A stretch of DNA of 64,000 nt, from the sequence record PQ464595.1; one strand, written 5' to 3'. This document shows positions 17,741 through 26,435 of this stretch, in pieces (position 1 is the first letter of the stretch; each line of letters begins with the position of its first letter). Both the position numbers and the translations under genes were made by a program. The notes beneath the pieces were generated by a model. The model made no database searches. It saw only the letters and a program-made list of their open reading frames with translations, and had not been told where the DNA came from.

Positions 17741-19909
17741 TTATACATTTCGAGGTGGTTCAGTGTTCTCTGCAATCTGTCTTAATATAAGAGCAGTTTG
17801 GCTCGCATTTTGATTCTGAGCTTGTATACTATTTAGTATCTCTCCTAAGACCTTACTTGGGTCATCTTTACTAGTTGAAGCGGTTTGTTGCTCATTAACT
17901 GGTGTAGATTGATCTGCTTGTTCGACCTTAACGGGTTTAGTCATTTCAGTTTTTGCGGTTACAGTCTGATTACCTGAATTTGAAGGCTGTGATGCTGCTG
18001 GATTAGCAGGCTTTGAAGTACTTGCGGTTTTTGCTGGTTCAGCAACAGGTTTCTTTTCATCATCCCCATTCCACCAACTCTTAAACTTATTCAAGTATTC
18101 ATTTAGTTTATCATTTAATGAATTATACATATCCATAAATGATCTTTTCGTTTCTTCTTGCCCTGGTGGTGTAGTTTTTCCAATATCAGAGAATGCACCC
18201 TTAATACCATCCCAAACTGATGACGCTGCGTCCTTTATTCCATTAAGTTTGTCTTCAAGACTACTGTTCCACCATCCAGTAATGGAATCCCATAACATAG
18301 TTGGCAAGTTTAGTAGATTATTCATGAAATCTTCAAACGCTTTGGATACTTGAGTATAACTATCACCAAATAAACTGGTAGCCCAACCTTCTAGAAGATT
18401 TTGAAGATACAACATACCATCATTGAATATGTCTGGAATAGCTTTTAATCCATCACGGATTAGTTTAGCTGTGAAATCCCAAGCATTATCACTGTTATCT
18501 GCTAGATTAGTTAAGTAAGAAGCAGCAGATTCTGCCATTTCAGCATAGAAACGGCTAAATGGTTCAGTGAATGTAACACCAATCCAGTTATTGAATCGTT
18601 GAGTCATGTTTTCAAATAATGGTGTTGGATTATTTTTTGGATCATTCAATAATGCTTCTTGTGTCTTTAATTGTTTCAACCAAGCAGCCGCCGCAGTATT
18701 ATTCATTAAGGTTTGATTACCAATTTCCATGTCTAACATGTCTTGGTGCTCTTTAACCCACTGTGTCATTGCTCGACGTGCTTGCTTTTCATCAGTAACA
18801 CCAGCAGCTTGTAGTTGCTGTAACTGATTAGTATACAATTGAGTAAAGTTGTTATTGTATTCATCAGGTAACATATTTTGGAAGTTCTTACTGGACATTA
18901 ATTTCTGTAATGTCTCACCAGATTTACCCATACTCGCATATACGGAGTTAAATGTTTTGTTTACTTGAGCAGCTTTATCGTCACTAAAACCGAATCGTTG
19001 CTTCAATGCTTGTTCTGTTACTTCTGAATCAACTGTGTCTGACATGCTATCAAATGATTTTAATAGTTCGTCAACACTCTTACCTACAGTTTTACTTAGA
19101 TAGGTCATAGTACCGACAAATTTTTCAGTACTTTGAGATTCAGACATACTACGTAAACTTTGTTCACCAGCATACATCTTTTCAAATTTATAGTTCTTTG
19201 CGGTTAAATCTGTTAATTGCTGTTGAGATACACCATAAAGACCCATTTTGTCTTGAGCAAGTTGAACGGTATTTAGTAATTTACCAAAGTGTTCAACACC
19301 ATCGCCATATTGACCTTCCATCGCAGCCAATTCAGTACTGTTACGTTTAACTGCTGCACTGAAATCATTGATACTTAAGAAAGCTGAACCAGCACCTTTA
19401 CGAACGGTTAACATACCATCAGTTAGTGTAAGTCCTGCGGAGTTTAGTTCATTGTACATATTTAACTGTTCATTCATGTACTCATAAACCTGTCCAGCAA
19501 CTTGTACTACTTGTAAGAATGAAGAAGCAACCAGACCTATCGGGCCTGGTAGTTTACCTAATGAATTTTGAAGTACTTTAGCTCCAGCAGTAAATGAACC
19601 TACAGTATTCTGGATAGATCCACTGTTACCTAACATGGTTCTACCAATATTTTGTGCCTCGCCGAATAAATCTTTAAACGCATTCTTGAACGCTGAACCT
19701 GATCCACCAGAACCAGAACCACCGCGACCACCAGATCCATTATCTGAATCATTGTTGCCGCCACCTGAACCGCCTGAACCAGAACCTTTATTAGTGTTCT
19801 TCTTAATATCAAGCAGTACTGTACGCATCGCACTTAAATTATCATTCATAGCTACGCTTTGATCCAACAATTGCTGTTGGATATAGTCGTTGTTGCCAAT
19901 GCCCGCCAT
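17741..19909 (-). CDS. Tape measure / baseplate hub protein (gp29-like, putative)
   Basis: Long helical protein with periodic Trp in the C-terminal half; located between portal and hub genes. Confidence 0.6.
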   Translation of the reverse strand: MAGIGNNDYIQQQLLDQSVAMNDNLSAMRTVLLDIKKNTNKGSGSGGSGGGNNDSDNGSGGRGGSGSGGSGSAFKNAFKDLFGEAQNIGRTMLGNSGSIQNTVGSFTAGAKVLQNSLGKLPGPIGLVASSFLQVVQVAGQVYEYMNEQLNMYNELNSAGLTLTDGMLTVRKGAGSAFLSINDFSAAVKRNSTELAAMEGQYGDGVEHFGKLLNTVQLAQDKMGLYGVSQQQLTDLTAKNYKFEKMYAGEQSLRSMSESQSTEKFVGTMTYLSKTVGKSVDELLKSFDSMSDTVDSEVTEQALKQRFGFSDDKAAQVNKTFNSVYASMGKSGETLQKLMSSKNFQNMLPDEYNNNFTQLYTNQLQQLQAAGVTDEKQARRAMTQWVKEHQDMLDMEIGNQTLMNNTAAAAWLKQLKTQEALLNDPKNNPTPLFENMTQRFNNWIGVTFTEPFSRFYAEMAESAASYLTNLADNSDNAWDFTAKLIRDGLKAIPDIFNDGMLYLQNLLEGWATSLFGDSYTQVSKAFEDFMNNLLNLPTMLWDSITGWWNSSLEDKLNGIKDAASSVWDGIKGAFSDIGKTTPPGQEETKRSFMDMYNSLNDKLNEYLNKFKSWWNGDDEKKPVAEPAKTASTSKPANPAASQPSNSGNQTVTAKTEMTKPVKVEQADQSTPVNEQQTASTSKDDPSKVLGEILNSIQAQNQNASQTALILRQIAENTEPPRNV

Positions 19910-19920
19910 GTGATTTTCCT

Positions 19921-19961
19921 TATAAATATTGTATACAAATTCATGTATAGTCGTATTTATT
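19921..19961. promoter_or_regulatory. Face-to-face late-type promoters (+ TATAAATA 19921-19928; - AATAAATA 19954-19961)
   Basis: Each motif points at the gene on the far side of the other. Confidence 0.6.
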
Positions 19962-19972
19962 ATGGAGTCAAT

Positions 19973-20827
19973 ATGAATAAGATGAACCCTTTGTCCAAGT
20001 ATACTAAAGTAGAAGTACTTTACACTAAACTTGTGAGTAATAATGTTATTCCTTACCCAGCAGGTGTATTGAATAATGAAACTGTTGAATGTGGTATTTG
20101 TGCTCGTTCAGCACGTGATGAACTAATGTTCAACAATCCCGACGCATTGATTAACGGTGAAGCAGTAGCAAGTGTTATTGAAAACTGTGTTCCTAATATC
20201 GCAAATGCTAGACAACTTTTTGTACCAGATGTAGAATTACTACTTATTGGTATTAAAATCGCAACAAAAGAAACCTTCTATAACATTGAAGTTGAATGTC
20301 CAGAGTGTGGTCATCATGGTGCGTTTGAACGTGATCTAGAAGCACTACTAGCAAGTGCTGAATTACTGGAAGAACAACCTGAATTGCTACTTGAGGAAAT
20401 TGGTGGTTTACTATTGAAGTTTAAACCTCATACATGGGCTGAACATTCTAAATTCAGTCAGAAGATGTTTATTGAACAAAAGAAAGCTCGTTCTCTGGAA
20501 CAGTTGGAATTGTCTGATGATGAAAAGATGAAGCACTTCAGTGCTATTTTTGAAATTATGACTCAATTGAGTTTTGATATGACAGTCGCTAATATCGACT
20601 ATATTGAAACTGCTGATGGGGATAAAGTTACTGACCGTGAATTTATTGCGGAATGGTTAGGACAACAACCAGCATTTATACTTCGTCAAATTCGTGACAA
20701 AGCTGATGTTATTAACAATACTGGTATCAGTCATGAAATGGATGTGGGATGTTCTGAATGTGGTCATGAATGGACGCTAGAAAATCTACAATTCGATCCT
20801 AGCAGTTTTTTCGTACCAGGCTTCTAA
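19973..20827 (+). CDS. gp26: Baseplate hub assembly protein (gp26-like); start corrected to MNKMNP
   Basis: SD GGAG; RDEL...D.L, DVELLLIGIK, ECPECGH and C-terminal CSECGH motifs. Confidence 0.75.
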   Translation: MNKMNPLSKYTKVEVLYTKLVSNNVIPYPAGVLNNETVECGICARSARDELMFNNPDALINGEAVASVIENCVPNIANARQLFVPDVELLLIGIKIATKETFYNIEVECPECGHHGAFERDLEALLASAELLEEQPELLLEEIGGLLLKFKPHTWAEHSKFSQKMFIEQKKARSLEQLELSDDEKMKHFSAIFEIMTQLSFDMTVANIDYIETADGDKVTDREFIAEWLGQQPAFILRQIRDKADVINNTGISHEMDVGCSECGHEWTLENLQFDPSSFFVPGF

Positions 20828-21024
20828 TGGCTGATGCTCAAGAGACTAAACAAGAAATAGCAGACCTACACTTTAACTGTGAAGAAATAAAGAATGGATT
20901 AATGGAGGTGTCTGTGTACATCTCCAATACGAGCTATGAAATGCTCTTGAATATGCCTGTAACAGATCGTGACCTGATGGTGAAGCAATATAATAAAAAG
21001 GTCAAAAAAGAAAGCAAACAATAA
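20827..21024 (+). CDS. gp51: Baseplate hub assembly catalyst (gp51-like)
   Basis: LLNMPVTDRDLMV motif; translationally coupled to the gp26-like gene. Confidence 0.6.
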   Translation: MADAQETKQEIADLHFNCEEIKNGLMEVSVYISNTSYEMLLNMPVTDRDLMVKQYNKKVKKESKQ

Positions 21025-21029
21025 AAATT

Positions 21030-21054
21030 AACCAGCCTTAGTGCTGGTTTTTTT
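21030..21054 (+). terminator. Intrinsic terminator
   Basis: AACCAGC-CTTAGT-GCTGGTT-TTTTT. Confidence 0.85.
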
Positions 21055-21234
21055 GTGTCTGAAATTCTTGTACTATTTGAGATTTGCCATACTTCGTATG
21101 TCAAAGAATTTTCGTTGTTCTGTACTCTCTACGCTCGTACTGATCAACTCAATTCAGTTCTATTAGATACGTTTAACACGATTTATACTGACGAGATTTG
21201 GGGAGTTTATCATCCCCCGCTGGGGGAAGGATAT

Positions 21235-21712
21235 AAAAAAAGTACTAATTAAAGTACTCAATTCTGACGATGATAGTCGTCGTTTAATCGCATCGTAAAT
21301 TTCTATCTTTCAATAGAACGTAAGCGGGTTGTTCTGTTTCTCACTATTACGGTCTTATACAACGGTCGAGGGCTTACCTCACTCAGTACTAAGTCTATGC
21401 AATCAAACTCAGTACCTATTCTTCTGGAATTTTAGACGGATCAATATTGTATAAAATATGACCGCAAAATTCTTCTTCAGAAAAATTCCCTTAGCTATTT
21501 GGTAGGGGGCGATTCCTATATATCTATCGAGGAAGTTCTATCAGCTTAGTGAACTTCTTTATAGTGCCGTATTGCCGTGGGTGGTACAAACTATGCCATC
21601 TCCTAACGGGTGTCTTCTGCACTTCGAACTGCTTGAACTTCTCATTGTGCCAATTACTTTTCATCGGCGACTGTTTATTTGTCTACGCTAACGCATAGCC
21701 AAGCAGGGTTGT
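21235..21712 (-). ncRNA. Candidate large structured non-coding RNA (about 480 nt; may extend to about 21030)
   Basis: Class A promoter upstream; no credible ORF; three hairpins need G.U pairs on the minus strand only; ends in hairpin plus U7. Confidence 0.55.
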
Positions 21713-21718
21713 CCTATC

Positions 21719-21747
21719 ATTATACCAGATTTTTTTAGTTCGTTCCA
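21719..21747 (-). promoter_or_regulatory. Class A promoter firing into the gene-free interval
   Basis: TGGAAC GAACTAAAAAAATCTGG TATAAT. Confidence 0.8.
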
Positions 21748-21756
21748 CGATATTTC

Positions 21757-21762
21757 TAAATA
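21757..21762 (+). promoter_or_regulatory. Late-type promoter (CTAAATA)
   Basis: TAAATA core upstream of 21791. Confidence 0.55.
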
Positions 21763-21790
21763 CTGTAGAAGAACTTTTTGAGGAACTATA

Positions 21791-22273
21791 ATGAAAAGGG
21801 AAAGGTTAAAAAATTCTATGGAAGCTGCCAAATACAGGCAGGAATTACTTAAAAAACAAAAAGGTCTAGATCCTATTACTAAAGAGAAGGTAACTGATCC
21901 AGTACTTGACCATAATCATAAAGGTGAACAAGAGTGTAGAGCTGTTTTAGATAGAACAGTAAACTCATTTGAAGGTAAAGTACAAAATGCTTATGATAGA
22001 TACATAAAGCATTTGACTGATAAGAATCTACCAACTATTTTAAGAAATCTAGCAGATTATTACGAACAAGATACATCTGAAACTAAAATACATCATACCG
22101 CACTTACTATTGATGTTAAAAAGTTTAAAGCATTACCAGCAGCACAACAATGTTCAATTCTTGAATCATTTGAAGTTGTACCTGAATCTAATAGTGCTAA
22201 AAGAGCTAATCAAGCTCGTAAATTAATTAAAAGTGGTCAATTAGATATGACACAAATAAAAAAAGGAGCCTAG
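21791..22273 (+). CDS. gp49: Recombination endonuclease VII-like (gp49 family, His-Me finger), lacking the Zn-binding cysteine pairs
   Basis: QKGLDPIT...VLDHNH....CRAVLDRTVNSFEG matches the EndoVII DHDH...R.LL...N..EG core. Confidence 0.7.
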   Translation: MKRERLKNSMEAAKYRQELLKKQKGLDPITKEKVTDPVLDHNHKGEQECRAVLDRTVNSFEGKVQNAYDRYIKHLTDKNLPTILRNLADYYEQDTSETKIHHTALTIDVKKFKALPAAQQCSILESFEVVPESNSAKRANQARKLIKSGQLDMTQIKKGA

Positions 22274-22285
22274 TGGCTCCTTTTT
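22258..22285. terminator. Bidirectional terminator
   Basis: A-tract, GGAGCC-TAGT-GGCTCC, T-tract, between convergent genes. Confidence 0.9.
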
Positions 22286-22287
22286 GT

Positions 22288-24441
22288 TTATAGGTCTAAT
22301 ACATCACAAAATTCGATAGTACTGAAACTATCTTCTTTCACAACTCGTAAGATTGAGTTAGCACGTCCAATCAATTCTTCACGGTGTGATACCACAAAGA
22401 TGTTTTTACCACGTACAGCACTCAAATCTTGGAGCATATGCCATGAACTCTCAATACCACCAGTATCTAAACCATTATCTAGTAGTTCATCCACCAGCAA
22501 TAGGTTAATACCCTGGAATAAAGACTCGTATGTATCACGGAACGCAAGGTTCAACGCAATAATAACACGAGTACGCTCACCTCTGGACAATTGTTTGAAG
22601 TCATATGACTGACCATTCAAATCAATATCCACACTTAGATCATTTAGGAACTCTACTGTATGTAATGAACCTGATTTCTCAATCCAGTACTGAAGTCTAT
22701 TGTTCAAGAATGAGATATTCTGGTCAATAATACGACGACGCACGAATGAGTCCTTGTTCATTAGTAGTTTTGCCAAATAATCCTGATGATCAGCAAGTTT
22801 GACTAATTTATTGTACTCGTCATAGTCAACATGTTGAAGTGAGTTCGTTTGTAACGTCTCAATCTGTTCAAAGAATGGGTTCTGTGAGGATTGTTCACGT
22901 TCTAGTGAAGAAACCAACGTATCAAATGAACGTTGAAGGTCTTTCACTTCGTTAGTACTGAATGTTTCAGTGTATTCTTTGATTTCAGTACTTTCTAACT
23001 CCGCAAAGAGTGTCATAAGTTCTTCATCATAGATATTCACGTCTTCTTCCGTACTTTTCTTCTTCAGTTCTTCTAGTTTATGCTCATGAAGCTTAGCTTC
23101 AGAGAGTGAAGGGTAGAATGTAACTGGTTTCGCTGGCATATCGAACAATTCAATGCTTTCAACTGCTGCCGTTAATGTATTCATCTCATGCCAAGCAGAT
23201 TCATAGCTGCTTTGTAGTTCAGTCAGATTTTCTTCTGCTGTTTTCTTCATTGTTTCATGATTATGATTGCCTTGAATCGTATTTTCACACATTGGACACT
23301 TGTTGTCAACCAAAGATGCTAAATGTTTCTCTGCTTTAGCAATATTGTTACTGATTAAGGTAACTTTAGAGGTAGCAGCATTCAGTTCTTGTGTTTTAAA
23401 GCGTTTGGTGTTATTCAACTCTTTCAACATCTGGTCTAGAGTATTCCACGTTTCCAATTCATCATGTAAAGCGAGTTCGGCAGCAATATCAAACTTAGAT
23501 AGTTCATCAATGCTTTGTAGTACTGTAGCTTTCTTCTGTATTAGTGATTCTGAGTATTCCTCATGCTTCACTGCTACCTGAGCTAAGCGATTTTCCAGTA
23601 CGGTACGTGCATTGTTGTGTTTAATTGCTTCTTCCATCTTTGATGCTAGATCAAATAGAGATGTAAAGTCAATATCTTCGTAATCTGATAGCTGTTGAAC
23701 TAGAGATTCGATAGTACTTGTCTTCTTTTGTTCAAATTCATTCGCACGAAGTTGTAAAGATTCAATACTTTGAAGAATACGCTTGTTTGAAGCAGTAACA
23801 GTCTCAATTTTGAACTTCTCTTGATCTGCTTGGTTCTTCGTTTCACGATACATGTCTTTCAGAAGGTTAGCTTTCTCTGTAAGTTGAGTAATACAAAGGA
23901 GTTCTTCGATCATTTCACGTTGCTTTTGCTGTGATAGAGACAGGAATGGCTCTACGTTAGCATTCATCACAACAATATGTTCAAATAGAAGTTGGGAAAT
24001 ACCTAGAATCTCATTCAAGTCTTCTTGAGTATCTTTCTTCTCTCCCCTTGATTCATCAATTACTTCATTATCCTCACTTAGAGTGAGGAAAGTAAAATAA
24101 GTGGGACTACGCCCACGCTCAACACGATATTCAACACCATTTTTCTCGAAGTCGATAATGACTTCACAGTTTTTAGCATTAATCTTGTTTACCAAGTTCG
24201 GAATCTTAATATCGTTACCGATACTCTTACCGTATAAGCCAAAAACAATACCCTGAATAATGGCAGACTTACCTACACCATTTCTACGACCCGCATTATC
24301 ATCTCCGACAGATGCATCGTTGTTTTGACCAAGTACTAACGCAAGGTCAGTACTGTCAAGCTCCAATACTTGTGGAGCATTACCAAAAGAAAAGAAGTTA
24401 CGCATCGTAATGCGTTTAATATTAAGCATCCCTGCCTCCAA
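22288..24441 (-). CDS. gp46: Recombination nuclease ATPase subunit (gp46/SbcC/Rad50-like)
   Basis: Walker A NGVGKS, coiled coil with CPMC hook, LSRGE signature, LLVDE Walker B, H-loop VSH. Confidence 0.95.
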   Translation of the reverse strand: MEAGMLNIKRITMRNFFSFGNAPQVLELDSTDLALVLGQNNDASVGDDNAGRRNGVGKSAIIQGIVFGLYGKSIGNDIKIPNLVNKINAKNCEVIIDFEKNGVEYRVERGRSPTYFTFLTLSEDNEVIDESRGEKKDTQEDLNEILGISQLLFEHIVVMNANVEPFLSLSQQKQREMIEELLCITQLTEKANLLKDMYRETKNQADQEKFKIETVTASNKRILQSIESLQLRANEFEQKKTSTIESLVQQLSDYEDIDFTSLFDLASKMEEAIKHNNARTVLENRLAQVAVKHEEYSESLIQKKATVLQSIDELSKFDIAAELALHDELETWNTLDQMLKELNNTKRFKTQELNAATSKVTLISNNIAKAEKHLASLVDNKCPMCENTIQGNHNHETMKKTAEENLTELQSSYESAWHEMNTLTAAVESIELFDMPAKPVTFYPSLSEAKLHEHKLEELKKKSTEEDVNIYDEELMTLFAELESTEIKEYTETFSTNEVKDLQRSFDTLVSSLEREQSSQNPFFEQIETLQTNSLQHVDYDEYNKLVKLADHQDYLAKLLMNKDSFVRRRIIDQNISFLNNRLQYWIEKSGSLHTVEFLNDLSVDIDLNGQSYDFKQLSRGERTRVIIALNLAFRDTYESLFQGINLLLVDELLDNGLDTGGIESSWHMLQDLSAVRGKNIFVVSHREELIGRANSILRVVKEDSFSTIEFCDVLDL

Positions 24442-25473
24442 TTATAGTGAAAGATAAAGTTGAATCAGTAATTCATTGTCAATTACGTTGGATTTGTTCT
24501 CTTTAATCTGAGCTATGACAATTTCATCAACTGATTCAGTATTGGATGCGAAATCCTCTGAACCAAAGTTGCTTTCAACTGTTTTCTTCCCAGGTATGAT
24601 GTTAAATTCACGAATTTTGTACATCTTACAGAATGTTTCGCGAATAAAACTGATTTCATCCATTGTAACAGGAATATCGACCTGAACTTTAGCTATTACG
24701 TTGTCTTCCAAGTAATAAGTTGGTTCAGATAGAAGTTCTGACAGAGTAAAGGTTCTGTATCGTGGAGCACCAGGCCACATTTTGAATTCTGGCTCTCCAC
24801 CATGCTCTAGGAACATGATTCCACGTGCATCATCCCATGTATCTGAGAAGTTATGCGGGAAACAGTTACCAGTGTACAGGATTTTAGTACCTTTTGATGT
24901 AACTTTAGCTTGTCTCTTGTGGAAATGTCCACTAAAGACATATTCACATCCACTAAACGAATCTTCAGTCTCTTTTCCATGATCTGGCATCTCAACCATC
25001 TTATTAAGAAGGTATCCAGGCAGTTCTAAGTGACCAAAAACATACTTACTACGTAATGAAGGTAGTTTTTTGTATTCATCGTCAATCATAAACGGAATAA
25101 ATGAACAATCATCAATGGTTTCTATCTGGTTTATGAAGTGAATACGTTCAAAAACAGATGCCATGTTAATACTGGTCACATCACGTTTATTTTTATGGTA
25201 CATGTCATGGTTCCCAACGAGAAAATACGTCATATCGAAGTTCTCATTAAGTAGATGCATGATTTGAAGACCATAATCTAGTGTATTGATGTTAATATTA
25301 CTACGATTGTGGAAGAAATCTCCCATAAAGATACAGATTTTAATATCTCTTTCTTTTGCTTCATCGATCATGAACTTTACAAAGTTAACACAATCAATAT
25401 TATGTTCTCTACTGTTATTCTTTAGACCTAAGTGAATATCAGTGAACACAATTGACTTATCAAATAGTGCCAT
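24442..25473 (-). CDS. gp47: Recombination nuclease subunit (gp47/SbcD/Mre11-like)
   Basis: DIHLG, GDFFH, GNHD, GHLE, SGHFH. Confidence 0.95.
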   Translation of the reverse strand: MALFDKSIVFTDIHLGLKNNSREHNIDCVNFVKFMIDEAKERDIKICIFMGDFFHNRSNININTLDYGLQIMHLLNENFDMTYFLVGNHDMYHKNKRDVTSINMASVFERIHFINQIETIDDCSFIPFMIDDEYKKLPSLRSKYVFGHLELPGYLLNKMVEMPDHGKETEDSFSGCEYVFSGHFHKRQAKVTSKGTKILYTGNCFPHNFSDTWDDARGIMFLEHGGEPEFKMWPGAPRYRTFTLSELLSEPTYYLEDNVIAKVQVDIPVTMDEISFIRETFCKMYKIREFNIIPGKKTVESNFGSEDFASNTESVDEIVIAQIKENKSNVIDNELLIQLYLSL

Positions 25474-26320
25474 TTTGCTTCCTTTCTAGCATTTTCATCT
25501 CAATTTCAATTTGTCGTGTATGACTAGGGTTGAACCCTTGAAGTTCTAGTAAGTCATCACGAATGTTACGTACATTCTTTTCTGAGTTAAGTACAGAACG
25601 GAATGCGTTGTTAACAAATGAGGTGTAATATGCGAAAGGATTAAGTTGTACTGCTGGTTTTACCTTTTTGTACAGAATACTTTCATTGAATAGCAAGGCA
25701 TTCTTAACTAATTGAATGCGAGCATCACCCATCATCTCGTCTAAGTACGTATAATTACGATAGTTAGGTTTGTGAGATATTTCTTCTGCCAGTTTAATGA
25801 ACATCTTGCCTAGTTCATTTGTTTGACGACCATGAGTTAGGCTGAAAACGCCATCTTCAAGATCACCTTTCCAATGTGAACGGGCAACTTCATACAATTC
25901 ACCAGTGTTATCACAAATGTAATGTTTAAAGGGTTCAAAATTGGTACGAACTTTCTTCTCAATCTCAGTATTCTCAATAAATGGAATGTGTTCATTCGTT
26001 ATCACACGAACAACAACTTCATCAACTGGAATATCGTGAATGAGTAAGTTCTTTTCGTCAGCGTACTCTTTTGCTTTCTTGGCAGTGAAAGCATGTTCAG
26101 CACGTATTTTGTCTAGCGTACTCGAATTTAAGCGTTTAATACGCTCCGCAGTAGCCAGTTCAAGTAATTCTTCAGTAATTTCGGACTCGTCGAAGACGAT
26201 ATAATCGTACATATTGTAAGCATCGTCTAGCACCCAACAATATGACATTTTACTGATATGAATTTCTCTTAGCAAATCCGCATTGTTCAAGTACTTCTTG
26301 CGTTTTGGTTTAATTGCCAT
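25460..26320 (-). CDS. gp55: Late sigma factor (gp55-like); probable start MAIKPK
   Basis: YLNNADLL, PNYRNYTYLDEMMGDA, NPFAYYT...NAF; gene order 55-47-46 as in T4. Confidence 0.9.
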   Translation of the reverse strand: MAIKPKRKKYLNNADLLREIHISKMSYCWVLDDAYNMYDYIVFDESEITEELLELATAERIKRLNSSTLDKIRAEHAFTAKKAKEYADEKNLLIHDIPVDEVVVRVITNEHIPFIENTEIEKKVRTNFEPFKHYICDNTGELYEVARSHWKGDLEDGVFSLTHGRQTNELGKMFIKLAEEISHKPNYRNYTYLDEMMGDARIQLVKNALLFNESILYKKVKPAVQLNPFAYYTSFVNNAFRSVLNSEKNVRNIRDDLLELQGFNPSHTRQIEIEMKMLERKQNGTI

Positions 26321-26367
26321 AAAAATCTCCATGTTTTTATATAAAACGATCCTTGTTTTACAGCTAC

Positions 26368-26396
26368 ATTATACCACATTTTTAATTTTCGTTCCA
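26368..26396 (-). promoter_or_regulatory. Class A promoter for gp55-47-46
   Basis: TGGAAC GAAAATTAAAAATGTGG TATAAT. Confidence 0.8.
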
Positions 26397-26401
26397 CATA
26401 A

Positions 26402-26407
26402 TAAATA
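26402..26407 (+). promoter_or_regulatory. Late-type promoter of the baseplate operon
   Basis: AATAAATA upstream of 26436. Confidence 0.7.
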
Positions 26408-26435
26408 CAGGATAACATTTTCACGGAGAACGTAT

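Noticed and set aside
19859-19972. Extended start of the gp26-like ORF; likewise 26283-26435, 33567, 37111 and 49561
   Set aside because: These overlap opposite-strand genes or promoters; downstream ATGs have proper SDs.
21055-21252. 65-aa plus-strand ORF from the track
   Set aside because: GTG start immediately after a terminator U-tract, no SD or promoter, no recognisable motif.
21524-21664. 46-codon minus-strand ORF (MKSNWHNEKF...) downstream of the class A promoter; the frame continues through two stops to 21422
   Set aside because: No SD, and it uses codons rare in this phage's genes (AGG, CGG, CGA, CCC, ATA). Retained only as an alternative explanation for the ncRNA candidate.
21235-21712. 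tmRNA, RNase P RNA, tRNA or group I/II intron identity for the non-coding interval
   Set aside because: No tRNA-like acceptor or T arm, tag ORF, P4 motif, paired P7 elements or domain V recognised by eye. An Rfam search is still needed.
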